A stretch of 64,000 nt of DNA from Candidatus Micrarchaeia archaeon (GTDB lineage: Archaea; Micrarchaeota; Micrarchaeia; Anstonellales; Bilamarchaeaceae). The position numbers and the translations under genes are program-made. Within the stretch, counting starts at the first letter, position 1, and the number at the start of each line of letters is the position of its first letter. The notes under the pieces are model-generated. The model was not told the origin of the DNA and did no database searches. It was given only the letters and a program-made list of their open reading frames with translations. Of the stretch, positions 1 through 8,759 are shown in pieces. Where the stretch lies: assembly GCA_041649555.1 (NCBI GenBank), contig JBAZMS010000001.1, forward strand, positions 331,122-395,121, read 5' to 3'.

Positions 1-1076
1 GCCTGTTGATTTTTTGATGGGTCCTTCAATTCAGCAGAGCCGACATTAAATTCAGAAACAAAAAATAAACATTCTCCATCCGGGCAGTTATGGGCCGATG
101 CCAAATCCGAGACAAAAATCGGCTTTTCAATTCCAAGGTTTGAAACAGCATCCAAATAATGGTCTGATGGCTCTATAACATAATACGCCCCAAAAAAGCT
201 GTGCTCGGGATTTGCATTTATTTCCTGGGCAGTTCCGGCGATTATATAATTCATTGCAATAAACGGATCTTCATCAAAACTTTCTGAGGCCTGATAAATA
301 GGTCCATAAAACCATCCTCCGCCTTTTCCCAAACCGGAATTGGATATTTTAAGATCATTGCTGTCCAAATCCGCAGAATATTCATCAAAATTGAAAAATA
401 TCCCCTTATTTACCTGTTCTGAATTTGGGTCAATTTTTTGCATTTCCCGTGCAATAGAAGGGTCATCCAATCCTTGTATTGAAAAATTAAAACTAATGTC
501 CATCTCCTTTTCAAGAGATGCCATTTTTCCAAGAGAGTCTTCAACCTTAAAATAAAGTGAAAACGAAACATTAACCGTATCAACAGCACTCTGATTAAAA
601 TAAAAATCTTCTATTCTATAATCTGTTATTTCCAAACCCATTTTGGAAAATGATTCATTTATTCTTGAAAACATTCCGGCAAATGAATAAGAGTAGTTTT
701 TTTCAGATTCATAAGCTAATGCTGCATCATTTTCAAAATAACCTGAATCAGCCAATCCATTAACTATTAAGCCATGCATTGAGAGGTTTATGTATTTATA
801 CTTCCATTCGGATTCAGGGCCCTTTTTTATTGGATTATTTATTGAATGCCCATTAATTGAGTAGAGTGCATATTTTGCGCTCACCTTTGAAAAATTCAAA
901 ATCATCTCATCAGATAATTGTGAAACTACATATTTCATATTAGAAATCCTGAATTCTTCAGAATATCTTTCTTCCTGCAGTTGAATTGATTTAGACCACA
1001 AGGAAAGATTTGAAATTATATATATTAAAAGTATGAGAGTGCATACAATAAAGAAAAAACCCTTCCGATTACGCAT
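1..1076 (-). CDS. Archaeal type IV pilin-like protein (class III signal peptide MRNRKG|FFFIV...), partial; the C-terminus lies beyond the window edge
   Basis: Minus-strand open frame runs from ATG (complement of 1074-1076) to the window start. The N-terminus has a charged stretch plus K-G followed by a hydrophobic helix. It is missing from the ORF track only because it is truncated at the edge. Confidence 0.5.
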   Translation of the reverse strand, partial: MRNRKGFFFIVCTLILLIYIISNLSLWSKSIQLQEERYSEEFRISNMKYVVSQLSDEMILNFSKVSAKYALYSINGHSINNPIKKGPESEWKYKYINLSMHGLIVNGLADSGYFENDAALAYESEKNYSYSFAGMFSRINESFSKMGLEITDYRIEDFYFNQSAVDTVNVSFSLYFKVEDSLGKMASLEKEMDISFNFSIQGLDDPSIAREMQKIDPNSEQVNKGIFFNFDEYSADLDSNDLKISNSGLGKGGGWFYGPIYQASESFDEDPFIAMNYIIAGTAQEINANPEHSFFGAYYVIEPSDHYLDAVSNLGIEKPIFVSDLASAHNCPDGECLFFVSEFNVGSAELKDPSKNQQ

Positions 1077-1602
1077 ATACAATTAACCTCACAACAATTA
1101 TTCTAAAATCTCCCGGCCTAAATTCACTTTCAGTAAGATCGCATGGGGTTTTTGTTCCATCACAGGTATTATACCCGTAAGGGTTTGAATCATCCGGATA
1201 CTGGGAGTCATAATCCAAAACAACGCCATAGGATACAGCCCTTAATTTTTTATATGCCATGTCCCCATTTGATGCTATTTCAACCCAATTTTCTCCGTCC
1301 TGTTTTTCAAAAATGTAATAAAATTGAGAGGGGACAAGTTTATCAAGATAATTTTTTGCATAAGTTCCATCCTTGAAAACAAGGTATCCAAGCAAACTTT
1401 CCTGTGAGTTTGGATCCGGTGATGAAAGAAGCGAAAAAGACTGCAATGTGTCTTTTGCAACCTGATTTGCCTGCATTAAGGAATGATAATAATTATAAGG
1501 AACAGTAATAAAATAAATAAGGGAATAAATTGCAACAAGAGTAAGGGTGAATGCTAGAAAAGCATCAATTGAGTATACAAAACCTTTTCTTGAATTATCC
1601 AT
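1069..1602 (-). CDS. Archaeal type IV pilin/archaellin-like protein (MDNSRKG|FVYSIDAFLAFTLTLVAI)
   Basis: N-terminus matches class III (prepilin peptidase) signals: RKG followed by an S-I-D-A-x-L-A-F hydrophobic segment like the archaellin/pilin DUF361 N-termini. It overlaps the downstream pilin-like gene by 8 nt. Confidence 0.5.
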   Translation of the reverse strand: MDNSRKGFVYSIDAFLAFTLTLVAIYSLIYFITVPYNYYHSLMQANQVAKDTLQSFSLLSSPDPNSQESLLGYLVFKDGTYAKNYLDKLVPSQFYYIFEKQDGENWVEIASNGDMAYKKLRAVSYGVVLDYDSQYPDDSNPYGYNTCDGTKTPCDLTESEFRPGDFRIIVVRLIVYA

Positions 1603-1717
1603 TATATAAAGGATATATTAGAATATTTAAAAAGATATATGGCTATCGTCAAGAGTAGAATCTGCTTTGCTGGCACCTGAATTGCTGACTGGCCTGATTT
1701 GCCTGATGCAAAAGATA

Positions 1718-2056
1718 TTATTCAGGGATGCAGCCAGAATATTTAGTTCCGCATTCATTGCACAGATAATACCCCTTAACACAGCCCATCCAGCATCTTT
1801 TTTTGGAGTCCGGCTCACAGATTTTTGAAACAGTGCAAGGCCCCCATTCATTTCTTGCAGAACAATACAGATATCCAGCGCACCCGTTATCAGTCAGGCA
1901 TTCTTTTTTCTCTCCCATAGAACATTCTGTTGTGATTATAATTTCTTTTTGGTTTGAAATACTTTCTTTTGGAAAACAAAAAAAAGAGTATACAATAACT
2001 AAAATAAGGACTATAAAAAGGATAACTGGAAAATAGTTCTCAATTTTAAAGCCCAA
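1718..2056 (-). CDS. Small Cys-rich membrane-anchored/secreted protein
   Basis: N-terminal TM/signal (FPVILFIVLILVIVYSFF), then 14 Cys in 80 aa. No recognisable enzymatic motif. Confidence 0.4.
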   Translation of the reverse strand: MGFKIENYFPVILFIVLILVIVYSFFCFPKESISNQKEIIITTECSMGEKKECLTDNGCAGYLYCSARNEWGPCTVSKICEPDSKKRCWMGCVKGYYLCNECGTKYSGCIPE

Positions 2057-2060
2057 GAAA

Positions 2061-3017
2061 TCACCCTGCCAAATATTTTAATCCATATGAATTTGAAGAG
2101 TAGAAAAAACCCCTAAAAAAACCTGCCACATCAAAAAGGGATGTTTTTTGCTCCCCAATAGATATCTTGCATATCCTTGGTTCCCCCTCTATTCCTGCAA
2201 GCTCTGCTGCCTTGTTTATTGCATCCTTTTTTGTTCCAAGCCCGTCAATCAGCCCTATTTTTTTTGCCTGCGTTCCAAGCATTATCCGTGCATCCAAAAC
2301 CTCTTCAAAAGAAGCCATATCAAGTTTTTCTTTTCTGTTTTCAAGAATAACTGATTTGAAATCCATAAAAACTTCATTGGATATCCCCTGAAGTATTTCT
2401 TTTTGTTCCTCACTCATTGGTGTTGTTTGGCTTCCAAGGTCTTTATTTACTCCTGATTTTATTGTTGTTGCATTTATTCCAAGATTTTTCATGAGCCCTG
2501 AAAATTCAACAGACTGCGAAATAACCCCAATACTTCCGGTTATTGCGTAAGGCTCTGAAATTATATAATCCGAAGGAGTTGCAATATAATATCCTCCTGA
2601 TGCTGCAACCTCCCTAAAATATGCAACCTTTGGAATGGAGAGGGATTTATATGCAGCATATATTTCGCGTGTTGCAACAACCGAGCCACCCGGAGAATTA
2701 ACGATAAGAACTACTGCGCCAATATCAGGTCTTCCTTCAATTTCTGAAATTTTTAGTGCAATTGATTCTGAGCCCAGCACTTCATTTGAAAATATTGTAG
2801 CTGGGATATCATCTGAATGCAGTTCCCCGTTTATTTCTACTACTGCAATACATTTGTCAAAAACCGAAGGGAATACGATCCCTGAAATTAAATATAAAAA
2901 TGCTATAAGTAAAAATCCTGCTCCAAGGATAAAAATAATCAGGTATGCGAGGGATGTTTTTGATTTTTCAGGAATAATTTCTCTTAGAGGGGTTTGCATT
3001 TTTTTAGTATTTTTCAT
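2061..3017 (-). CDS. sppA: Signal peptide peptidase SppA (S49 family)
   Basis: N-terminal TM; the S49 core motif VNSPGGSVVA...ASGGYYIA...GSIGV is recognisable. Confidence 0.8.
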   Translation of the reverse strand: MKNTKKMQTPLREIIPEKSKTSLAYLIIFILGAGFLLIAFLYLISGIVFPSVFDKCIAVVEINGELHSDDIPATIFSNEVLGSESIALKISEIEGRPDIGAVVLIVNSPGGSVVATREIYAAYKSLSIPKVAYFREVAASGGYYIATPSDYIISEPYAITGSIGVISQSVEFSGLMKNLGINATTIKSGVNKDLGSQTTPMSEEQKEILQGISNEVFMDFKSVILENRKEKLDMASFEEVLDARIMLGTQAKKIGLIDGLGTKKDAINKAAELAGIEGEPRICKISIGEQKTSLFDVAGFFRGFFYSSNSYGLKYLAG

Positions 3018-3072
3018 AAATTGAATAAAAAAGAAAGTATATAAAAATCTTTATCAGAAAAGAGTATATCAT

Positions 3073-3594
3073 ATGTTTGAAAATCTTGATTTTCTTGAAA
3101 TAATTATATTTATTCTTCCGGCATATATCGCAAATTCAGTCCCGGTTCTTGTAGGAGGGGGTTTGCCGGTTGATTTTGGGAAAAAATTTATGGGCCTTAG
3201 ACTTTTTGGGGACAGCAAAACCCTGCAGGGTTTCATTGGAGGGGTTTGCGCAGGAATTATTGCATCATTTCTTCTTACAAAGTTTTTCTATATTGATATC
3301 TTCGGTTCAGAGAGGTTGCAGTTTGCTTCAGGTTGTCTTCTATCCTTTGGAACAATGGCAGGAGACCTTGCAGGAAGCTTCATAAAAAGAAGGATGGGGT
3401 TAGCCCCGGGAAAACCATTCATATTAGACCAGCTTTTCTTTTTAGTAGTGGCCTTAATTATGGCATATCCCTTCTCTCCGGCAAAATTCTATCAATTATC
3501 CACTTTGGCATTTCTTTTCATAATTACTTATTTTGCCCATATTGTTTCAAATTATCTTGCAAACAAACTCGGATTAAAAAAAGTTCCCTGGTAA
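3073..3594 (+). CDS. carS: CDP-archaeol synthase (CDP-2,3-bis-O-geranylgeranyl-sn-glycerol synthase)
   Basis: 173-aa polytopic membrane protein with the CarS signature LVGGGLPVDFGK...GDSKT..GFIGG and a C-terminus ...KKVPW matching the AF1740-type CarS ending. Confidence 0.8.
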   Translation: MFENLDFLEIIIFILPAYIANSVPVLVGGGLPVDFGKKFMGLRLFGDSKTLQGFIGGVCAGIIASFLLTKFFYIDIFGSERLQFASGCLLSFGTMAGDLAGSFIKRRMGLAPGKPFILDQLFFLVVALIMAYPFSPAKFYQLSTLAFLFIITYFAHIVSNYLANKLGLKKVPW

Positions 3595-3796
3595 TTTGAA
3601 AGGCCTGCAAAAATATACTTAATCTACAAATCCGCCCAGAACTTTTAAACCATAAAATCAGAACTTTATCTGGAATGGCATATGGCAAAACTGGTTTTTT
3701 TGTTTTACCTTATCTTTATAAACTTTACCATTCAAATCTATTCTTACTATTTCGAGTCCTTATACTGATAAGGGCGAGCCGAAAGAGGCGATAATA

Positions 3797-4147
3797 ATGA
3801 AAAAAACAAAAAAATCAAATCAAAATCTGCTTGATACTATAAATAAGCTCAAGATGGAAAAAAAACCATTCTGGAAAAACATTGCAAAAATGCTTGAAAG
3901 GCCAAATAAGAGATGGGCCATTGTCAATCTCGATAAGATTGAAAGATATGCAAAGGATGGTTCAACAATTGTTGTTCCCGGAAAGGTTTTAGGAGAAGGA
4001 CAAATGAAAAAGAAACTTACTGTTGCAGCATACAAGTTTAGTGATTCTGCAAAAAAGACGATTTCTGGATGCGGGGGCAAAACATTGACCTTAAATGAGC
4101 TTATTGAGAGCAAGACAGACCCAAAAAATATACTTTTAATCTGTTAG
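3797..4147 (+). CDS. rpl18e: 50S ribosomal protein L18e (eL18)
   Basis: Sequence similarity; first gene of the conserved L18e-L13-S9-RpoN cluster. Confidence 0.85.
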   Translation: MKKTKKSNQNLLDTINKLKMEKKPFWKNIAKMLERPNKRWAIVNLDKIERYAKDGSTIVVPGKVLGEGQMKKKLTVAAYKFSDSAKKTISGCGGKTLTLNELIESKTDPKNILLIC

Positions 4148-4576
4148 GTGATTTTAATGATTGTTATTGATGGCAATGGAATGATTTTTGGAAGAATCGC
4201 ATCAAGAATTTCAAAAGAACTTTTGAAAAAAAACCAGATAATTCTGGTTAATGCTGAAAAAATTCTTATTTCTGGAGATCCAAAAGCAATAGTTGACAGA
4301 TACACAGTAAAAAGAAGCCTTAAAAACAAGGCAAACCCGGAAAAGTCATCGCATTTTTCAAGGGTCCCTAAAATGTTTGTAAAAAGAATAATCCGGGGAA
4401 TGCTCCCTTGGAAAAGGCCAAGAGGGAAAGAGGCTTACAGAAACCTTACTGTATATGAGGGAATCCCTGAAAACATAACTCAAAAACCAGTTGTTTTTGA
4501 AGATTGCAGGCCAAAAAATATCTCAAAATATATTACAATTGAAAAAATCTGCAAAAGATTTGGATATGGAGGTTAG
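4148..4576 (+). CDS. rpl13: 50S ribosomal protein L13 (uL13)
   Basis: Sequence similarity; starts 1 nt after the L18e stop. Confidence 0.9.
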   Translation: MILMIVIDGNGMIFGRIASRISKELLKKNQIILVNAEKILISGDPKAIVDRYTVKRSLKNKANPEKSSHFSRVPKMFVKRIIRGMLPWKRPRGKEAYRNLTVYEGIPENITQKPVVFEDCRPKNISKYITIEKICKRFGYGG

Positions 4577-4580
4577 TTTA

Positions 4581-5168
4581 ATGGTCACAGAAAAACCTAA
4601 AGCAAAAAAAACTAAAAAACCAAAAGAAAAAAAGAATGAAGTCGAAATCAAAAAAGATGAGCCCGGAAAAGAACAGGCAAAAAAAGAAGCGTTGGAAAAC
4701 GAACCAGAGAAAAAAGAGCAGGTTAAAAAAACACCGCAAAAAAAGCCTGCAAAACCAAAAAAGAAAATAGGAAATTCAACGATTGCAAGAGGGAAAAGAA
4801 AAAAAGCAATAGCAAGAGCAAGCATAACTCCGGGAAGGGGAAGCGTAAGAATAAATAAAATGTCTGTTGCCTCCATTAACAATACCTATGTTCGTGAAAT
4901 TATATTAGAACCTGTAAAAATGGCAGGAGAAAGATCCACCAAAGTAGATATCAGAGTAAGAGTATGCGGAGGAGGAGTCTTAGGACAGGCGCAGGCCTGC
5001 AGAACAGCAATAGCAAGGGCTCTTGTTGATCATTTTGAAGATGAATCCCTCAAATCGAGCTATCTTGAAAGGGATAGATCTTTGCTTGTTGAAGATTCAA
5101 GAAGAACTGAAAGCAAAAAGTACAAAGGACCCAAGGCAAGGGCAAGATACCAAAAATCATACAGGTAG
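4581..5168 (+). CDS. rps9: 30S ribosomal protein S9 (uS9) with a ~75-aa N-terminal Lys/Glu-rich extension
   Basis: C-terminal canonical S9 (...GGGVLGQAQACRTAIARAL...KYKGPKARARYQKSYR). ATG at 4581 is 5 nt after the L13 stop. There is no in-frame start between 4581 and the S9 core. Confidence 0.8.
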   Translation: MVTEKPKAKKTKKPKEKKNEVEIKKDEPGKEQAKKEALENEPEKKEQVKKTPQKKPAKPKKKIGNSTIARGKRKKAIARASITPGRGSVRINKMSVASINNTYVREIILEPVKMAGERSTKVDIRVRVCGGGVLGQAQACRTAIARALVDHFEDESLKSSYLERDRSLLVEDSRRTESKKYKGPKARARYQKSYR

Positions 5169-5177
5169 GTGTACAAA

Positions 5178-5378
5178 ATGGAATTTCCAGTCAGGTGTTT
5201 TAGTTGTGGCGGAGTAATAGCACACAAATATGAAAAGTATTTGGAGCTTGTAAATTCCGGAAAATCAAGAAAAGAAGCATTAGATGAGCTTTGCGTTTTC
5301 AAGTACTGCTGCAGGAGAATGTTTATCTCTCATGTAAATATAATGGATGATATAATAAAATATGAAAGAAAAGAGTGA
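5178..5378 (+). CDS. rpoN: DNA-directed RNA polymerase subunit N (Rpb10)
   Basis: MEFPVRCFSCGGVIAHKYEKY...CCRRM matches the zinc-bundle RpoN. The ORF-track start at 5169 is probably 3 codons too early. Confidence 0.85.
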   Translation: MEFPVRCFSCGGVIAHKYEKYLELVNSGKSRKEALDELCVFKYCCRRMFISHVNIMDDIIKYERKE

Positions 5379-5385
5379 TGAATAA

Positions 5386-5458
5386 GGGGCCGTGAGGTAA
5401 CCTGGTATCCTGTAGCCTTGGGGTGGCTATTACCCGAGTTCAAATCTCGGCGGCCCCA
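5386..5458 (+). tRNA. tRNA-Pro (anticodon GGG)
   Basis: Manual fold: acceptor GGGGCCG/CGGCCCC, anticodon stem TAGCC/GGCTA with loop TTGGGGT, T-arm CCGAG-TTCAAAT-CTCGG, discriminator A. No encoded CCA. Confidence 0.8.
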
Positions 5459-5491
5459 AAGTTTTTTATGTTGCATTGAGGTGTTTTATAT

Positions 5492-6133
5492 ATGGAAGAA
5501 AAAAATATTCAGGAAAATGAAAATGATGATGGTTTTCTTGTATCCAAGGAAACATATCTTCAGGCAGGAGTTCACATCGGCACAAAGGTAAAAAATAAGG
5601 ATATGAAAGATTTCATATTTAAGGTTAAAGAGAGCACTGGAATTTTTATTCTGGATCTTGCAATGACCGATAAAAGAATAAGGGAAGCATCAAAGATAAT
5701 CTCAAAATATGATCCTTCCGAGGTTTTAGTTGTCGCATCAAGGGTTTATTCAGGAAGCCCTGCATCAAAATTTTGCGAACTTACAGGAATAAATCTTATG
5801 AAAGGAAGATTCACTCCGGGCTCAATGACGAATACGAAAACAAAGCATTTTACAGAACCTTCGCTTTTGATTGTATGCGACCCAAGAGGAGAAAGACAGG
5901 CAATTTCAGAGGCTGCAAAAATGGGAACCCCTATTATTGCGCTTTGCGATACTGACAACGAGACCAAATTTATTGATTACATAATTCCTGTTAATAATAA
6001 GGGAAAGAAATCCCTTGCCCTGCTTTTTTGCATTCTTGCGCGGGAATTAATGCTCAAACAGGGAAAAATAAAAAGTTACGATGAATTTAAATACAACCCG
6101 CAGTATTTTGAAAAATTGGAAGAAGAGGAATAA
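5492..6133 (+). CDS. rps2: 30S ribosomal protein S2 (uS2)
   Basis: Sequence similarity (GVHIGT...VVASR...IIALCDTDN). Confidence 0.9.
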   Translation: MEEKNIQENENDDGFLVSKETYLQAGVHIGTKVKNKDMKDFIFKVKESTGIFILDLAMTDKRIREASKIISKYDPSEVLVVASRVYSGSPASKFCELTGINLMKGRFTPGSMTNTKTKHFTEPSLLIVCDPRGERQAISEAAKMGTPIIALCDTDNETKFIDYIIPVNNKGKKSLALLFCILARELMLKQGKIKSYDEFKYNPQYFEKLEEEE

Positions 6134-6168
6134 ATTCCTCTCAATCTACTTTTTTCTCTTTATTTCCC

Positions 6169-7419
6169 CTAATTAAATTGGTCCATGCACAATTCATAGG
6201 TTGTTGCCTGGGTTTTTGAATCTATGCTGTTGCATATTGAGATATCATTATTTTTCTTTGCAGAATATTGGTAGCATTTTGCCTTCCATGATGTATCTGT
6301 TATATTTTTGCAGTTTTCTGGAGGGAGCGGTTTTTCAGGATTTTGTATTGCCTGAGGGTAGCAGTTATATTTTGATGATATTGTTTCAAGATAATTGCAT
6401 TTGTCTGGCTGGTAGTACTCTACTGCAAAATTAAAATAACAGCTCTCCTTGTTTGATTTTGCAAGAGAGTCAATCAAATCGCACCCTTCAAGATTTCCAG
6501 TTAAAAGAGCGTAATTTTTAAGGCATTTCCATTTGTTGTTGTTTCCTATACTTAATTGATTGCAATAAAATTTATCCTCTGTCTTAATCATAAATTCATT
6601 ATAGCACATAAAACTGTATTCACTATCTTCTGAAATCATTGCACAGTATGCCCAATCATCAGATGCTGTTGAATATAAATAGTAACAATGATCCTTTTCT
6701 GATAAAAATCCCAAATCCTTGCAGTGGTCTTTTTTATCTGCTAAAGAATAACATGCCATAAATCTTGATGCGGATGTGAAATTGTTGCAGACTGTCCAGT
6801 CAGACATTTTTGATGCATATTCAAACATACACTGCTCTTTCTGGCAATAACCTGAATTTTTATACAAAAGCGCATAACAAAGGTTTTCATCTTCCCCTGT
6901 TTTTCCATAGCAGGGATTTATTTTCTTTCCGCATTCAAGCTCATCAGCTTCATTTAAATAAATACATATCTGGGTTGAATTTTGAATCTGTGAAAAGTAA
7001 TTGACACACTCCATTTTTTTATTGTAATCTTCAACCATTAAACATGCATCCTCGCTATCCTTGTATAATGCCTCATAGCAATCCTGTTTTTTAGTTTCAA
7101 GCTCTGCGCATAAAGATACATTTTTTTCAGAAATTGCCTTTCCTAAAAGATAAGTTTGAGGATCAATTTCTTCAGGCTGGGTTTGATTTGTATTGTTTGC
7201 ATTTATTGTTTCATTTCCGTTTATAATGTCTTCCAAATCCGGAACTATTCCATTGCCTTCAGAAAAAATAAATACATATCCTAAAACTACAGCAACAACA
7301 ATTATTGCTATGGATATTGGAAGGATATTTGAGCTTTTTTTCCCTCGTCCTTCATAAGATGTTTTTTTCCTTAAATTTTCGTCTGGGCTTGGAATTCCTT
7401 TATAGAGTGATCTTTTCAT
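6169..7419 (-). CDS. Cys-rich repeat surface protein (type II membrane anchor, N-glycosylation sequon cluster, tandem CY-x(9-13)-C modules)
   Basis: K-rich cytoplasmic N-terminus and one TM (ILPISIAIIVVAVVLGYVFIF), then NGNETINANNTNQT sequons. About 40 Cys are arranged as repeated CYxLYxxxxDxxxC-like modules. Confidence 0.5.
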   Translation of the reverse strand: MKRSLYKGIPSPDENLRKKTSYEGRGKKSSNILPISIAIIVVAVVLGYVFIFSEGNGIVPDLEDIINGNETINANNTNQTQPEEIDPQTYLLGKAISEKNVSLCAELETKKQDCYEALYKDSEDACLMVEDYNKKMECVNYFSQIQNSTQICIYLNEADELECGKKINPCYGKTGEDENLCYALLYKNSGYCQKEQCMFEYASKMSDWTVCNNFTSASRFMACYSLADKKDHCKDLGFLSEKDHCYYLYSTASDDWAYCAMISEDSEYSFMCYNEFMIKTEDKFYCNQLSIGNNNKWKCLKNYALLTGNLEGCDLIDSLAKSNKESCYFNFAVEYYQPDKCNYLETISSKYNCYPQAIQNPEKPLPPENCKNITDTSWKAKCYQYSAKKNNDISICNSIDSKTQATTYELCMDQFN

Positions 7420-7499
7420 AGTAGAAAACTAATAACAAAAACTTTTTAAATGAATTTTAGTTTTTCCAAAGCTTTTAAATTATTAATCAATATCTTATC

Positions 7500-8759
7500 T
7501 TGGTGGGAAGCATGCATTTAAACAACACAGATCCAGAAGTTTATAATTTAATTATTAAGGAAGTAAAACGGCAGCAAAATATGATTGATTTAATTGCCTC
7601 AGAAAATTATTCAAGCCCGGCAGTTTTATCTGCAATGGGCTCTCCCTTGACAAATAAATATGCTGAAGGGTATCCGAAAAAAAGATATTATGCAGGAAAC
7701 CAGTATATTGATGAAATCGAATCTATTGCAATAGAAAGGGCAAAGAATCTATTTAAAGTCGGCCATGCAAATGTCCAGCCACATGCAGGAGCAATTGCAA
7801 ATCTGGCAGCCTATTTTGCATTTATGGAAATAGGGGATACCTATATGGGATTAGAATTGTCCCAAGGAGGGCATTTAACGCATGGCTCTCCAGTCAATTT
7901 CTCTGGAAAATGGTACAAGGTAGTTCCATATACTGTTGAAAAAGAAACTGGAGTTTTGGATTATGATAAATTAAAAAAACAAGCAATTGAAACAAAACCA
8001 AAATTAATTGTTGCAGGCTATACTGCATATCCAAGAGAAATTGATTATACGCTATTTAGGGAAATTGCAGATGCCTGCGGGGCATATTTAATGGCAGATA
8101 TTTCGCATTTCGCAGGCCTTGTTGCAGCAGAGGTTATTTCTTCACCTGCCTTGTATGCAGATGTTATTACCTCAACTACACATAAAACCCTAAGAGGCCC
8201 GAGAGGAGCGCTAATACTTGGAAAAGAAGAGCATGCACAAAGAATAGACAAGGCAGTATTTCCAGGAATTCAAGGAGGCCCTCTGGAACATGTGATTGCT
8301 GCAAAAGCAGTTTGTTTTAAGGAAGCGGCAACCCCTGAATTCAAAAATTATGCCCAACAGATAATTAAAAATGCAAAAGCACTTTCCAATGAACTAATCT
8401 CACTTGGCTATAATCTTGTATCCGGAGGAACAGACACCCATCTTGTTCTAATTGATCTGACAAATAAAAATATTACAGGAAAAGATGCCCAGCTTGCACT
8501 AGAGGAGGCAGGCATAATTGCAAATAGAAATACAATTCCGTATGATACAAAAAGCCCGTTTATTACAAGTGGTTTGAGACTTGGAACACCTTCCTGCACA
8601 ACAAGGGGGATGGGGATATCTGAAATGAAGGAAATCGCAAATTATATCAATAAGGTTTTATCAGATATAAACAATGCTGAATTAAAATCAAAAATCAAAA
8701 TTGAGGTTGAGGGATTTTGTTCTAAATTTCCAATCTATAAAAATTATAAGGTGGAATAA
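7500..8759 (+). CDS. glyA: Serine hydroxymethyltransferase
   Basis: Strong similarity including the PLP-lysine region TTHKTLRGPRG. An alternative start at 7512 is possible. Confidence 0.9.
   Translation: MVGSMHLNNTDPEVYNLIIKEVKRQQNMIDLIASENYSSPAVLSAMGSPLTNKYAEGYPKKRYYAGNQYIDEIESIAIERAKNLFKVGHANVQPHAGAIANLAAYFAFMEIGDTYMGLELSQGGHLTHGSPVNFSGKWYKVVPYTVEKETGVLDYDKLKKQAIETKPKLIVAGYTAYPREIDYTLFREIADACGAYLMADISHFAGLVAAEVISSPALYADVITSTTHKTLRGPRGALILGKEEHAQRIDKAVFPGIQGGPLEHVIAAKAVCFKEAATPEFKNYAQQIIKNAKALSNELISLGYNLVSGGTDTHLVLIDLTNKNITGKDAQLALEEAGIIANRNTIPYDTKSPFITSGLRLGTPSCTTRGMGISEMKEIANYINKVLSDINNAELKSKIKIEVEGFCSKFPIYKNYKVE

Noticed and set aside
340-555. 71-aa plus-strand ORF
   Set aside because: Lies entirely inside the longer minus-strand pilin-like gene (1-1076). 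Antisense artefact.
4491-5168. ORF-track S9 start at 4491, overlapping the L13 gene by 86 nt
   Set aside because: The in-frame ATG at 4581, 5 nt after the L13 stop, fits the tight operon packing. The longer ORF is an upstream read-through of the same frame.
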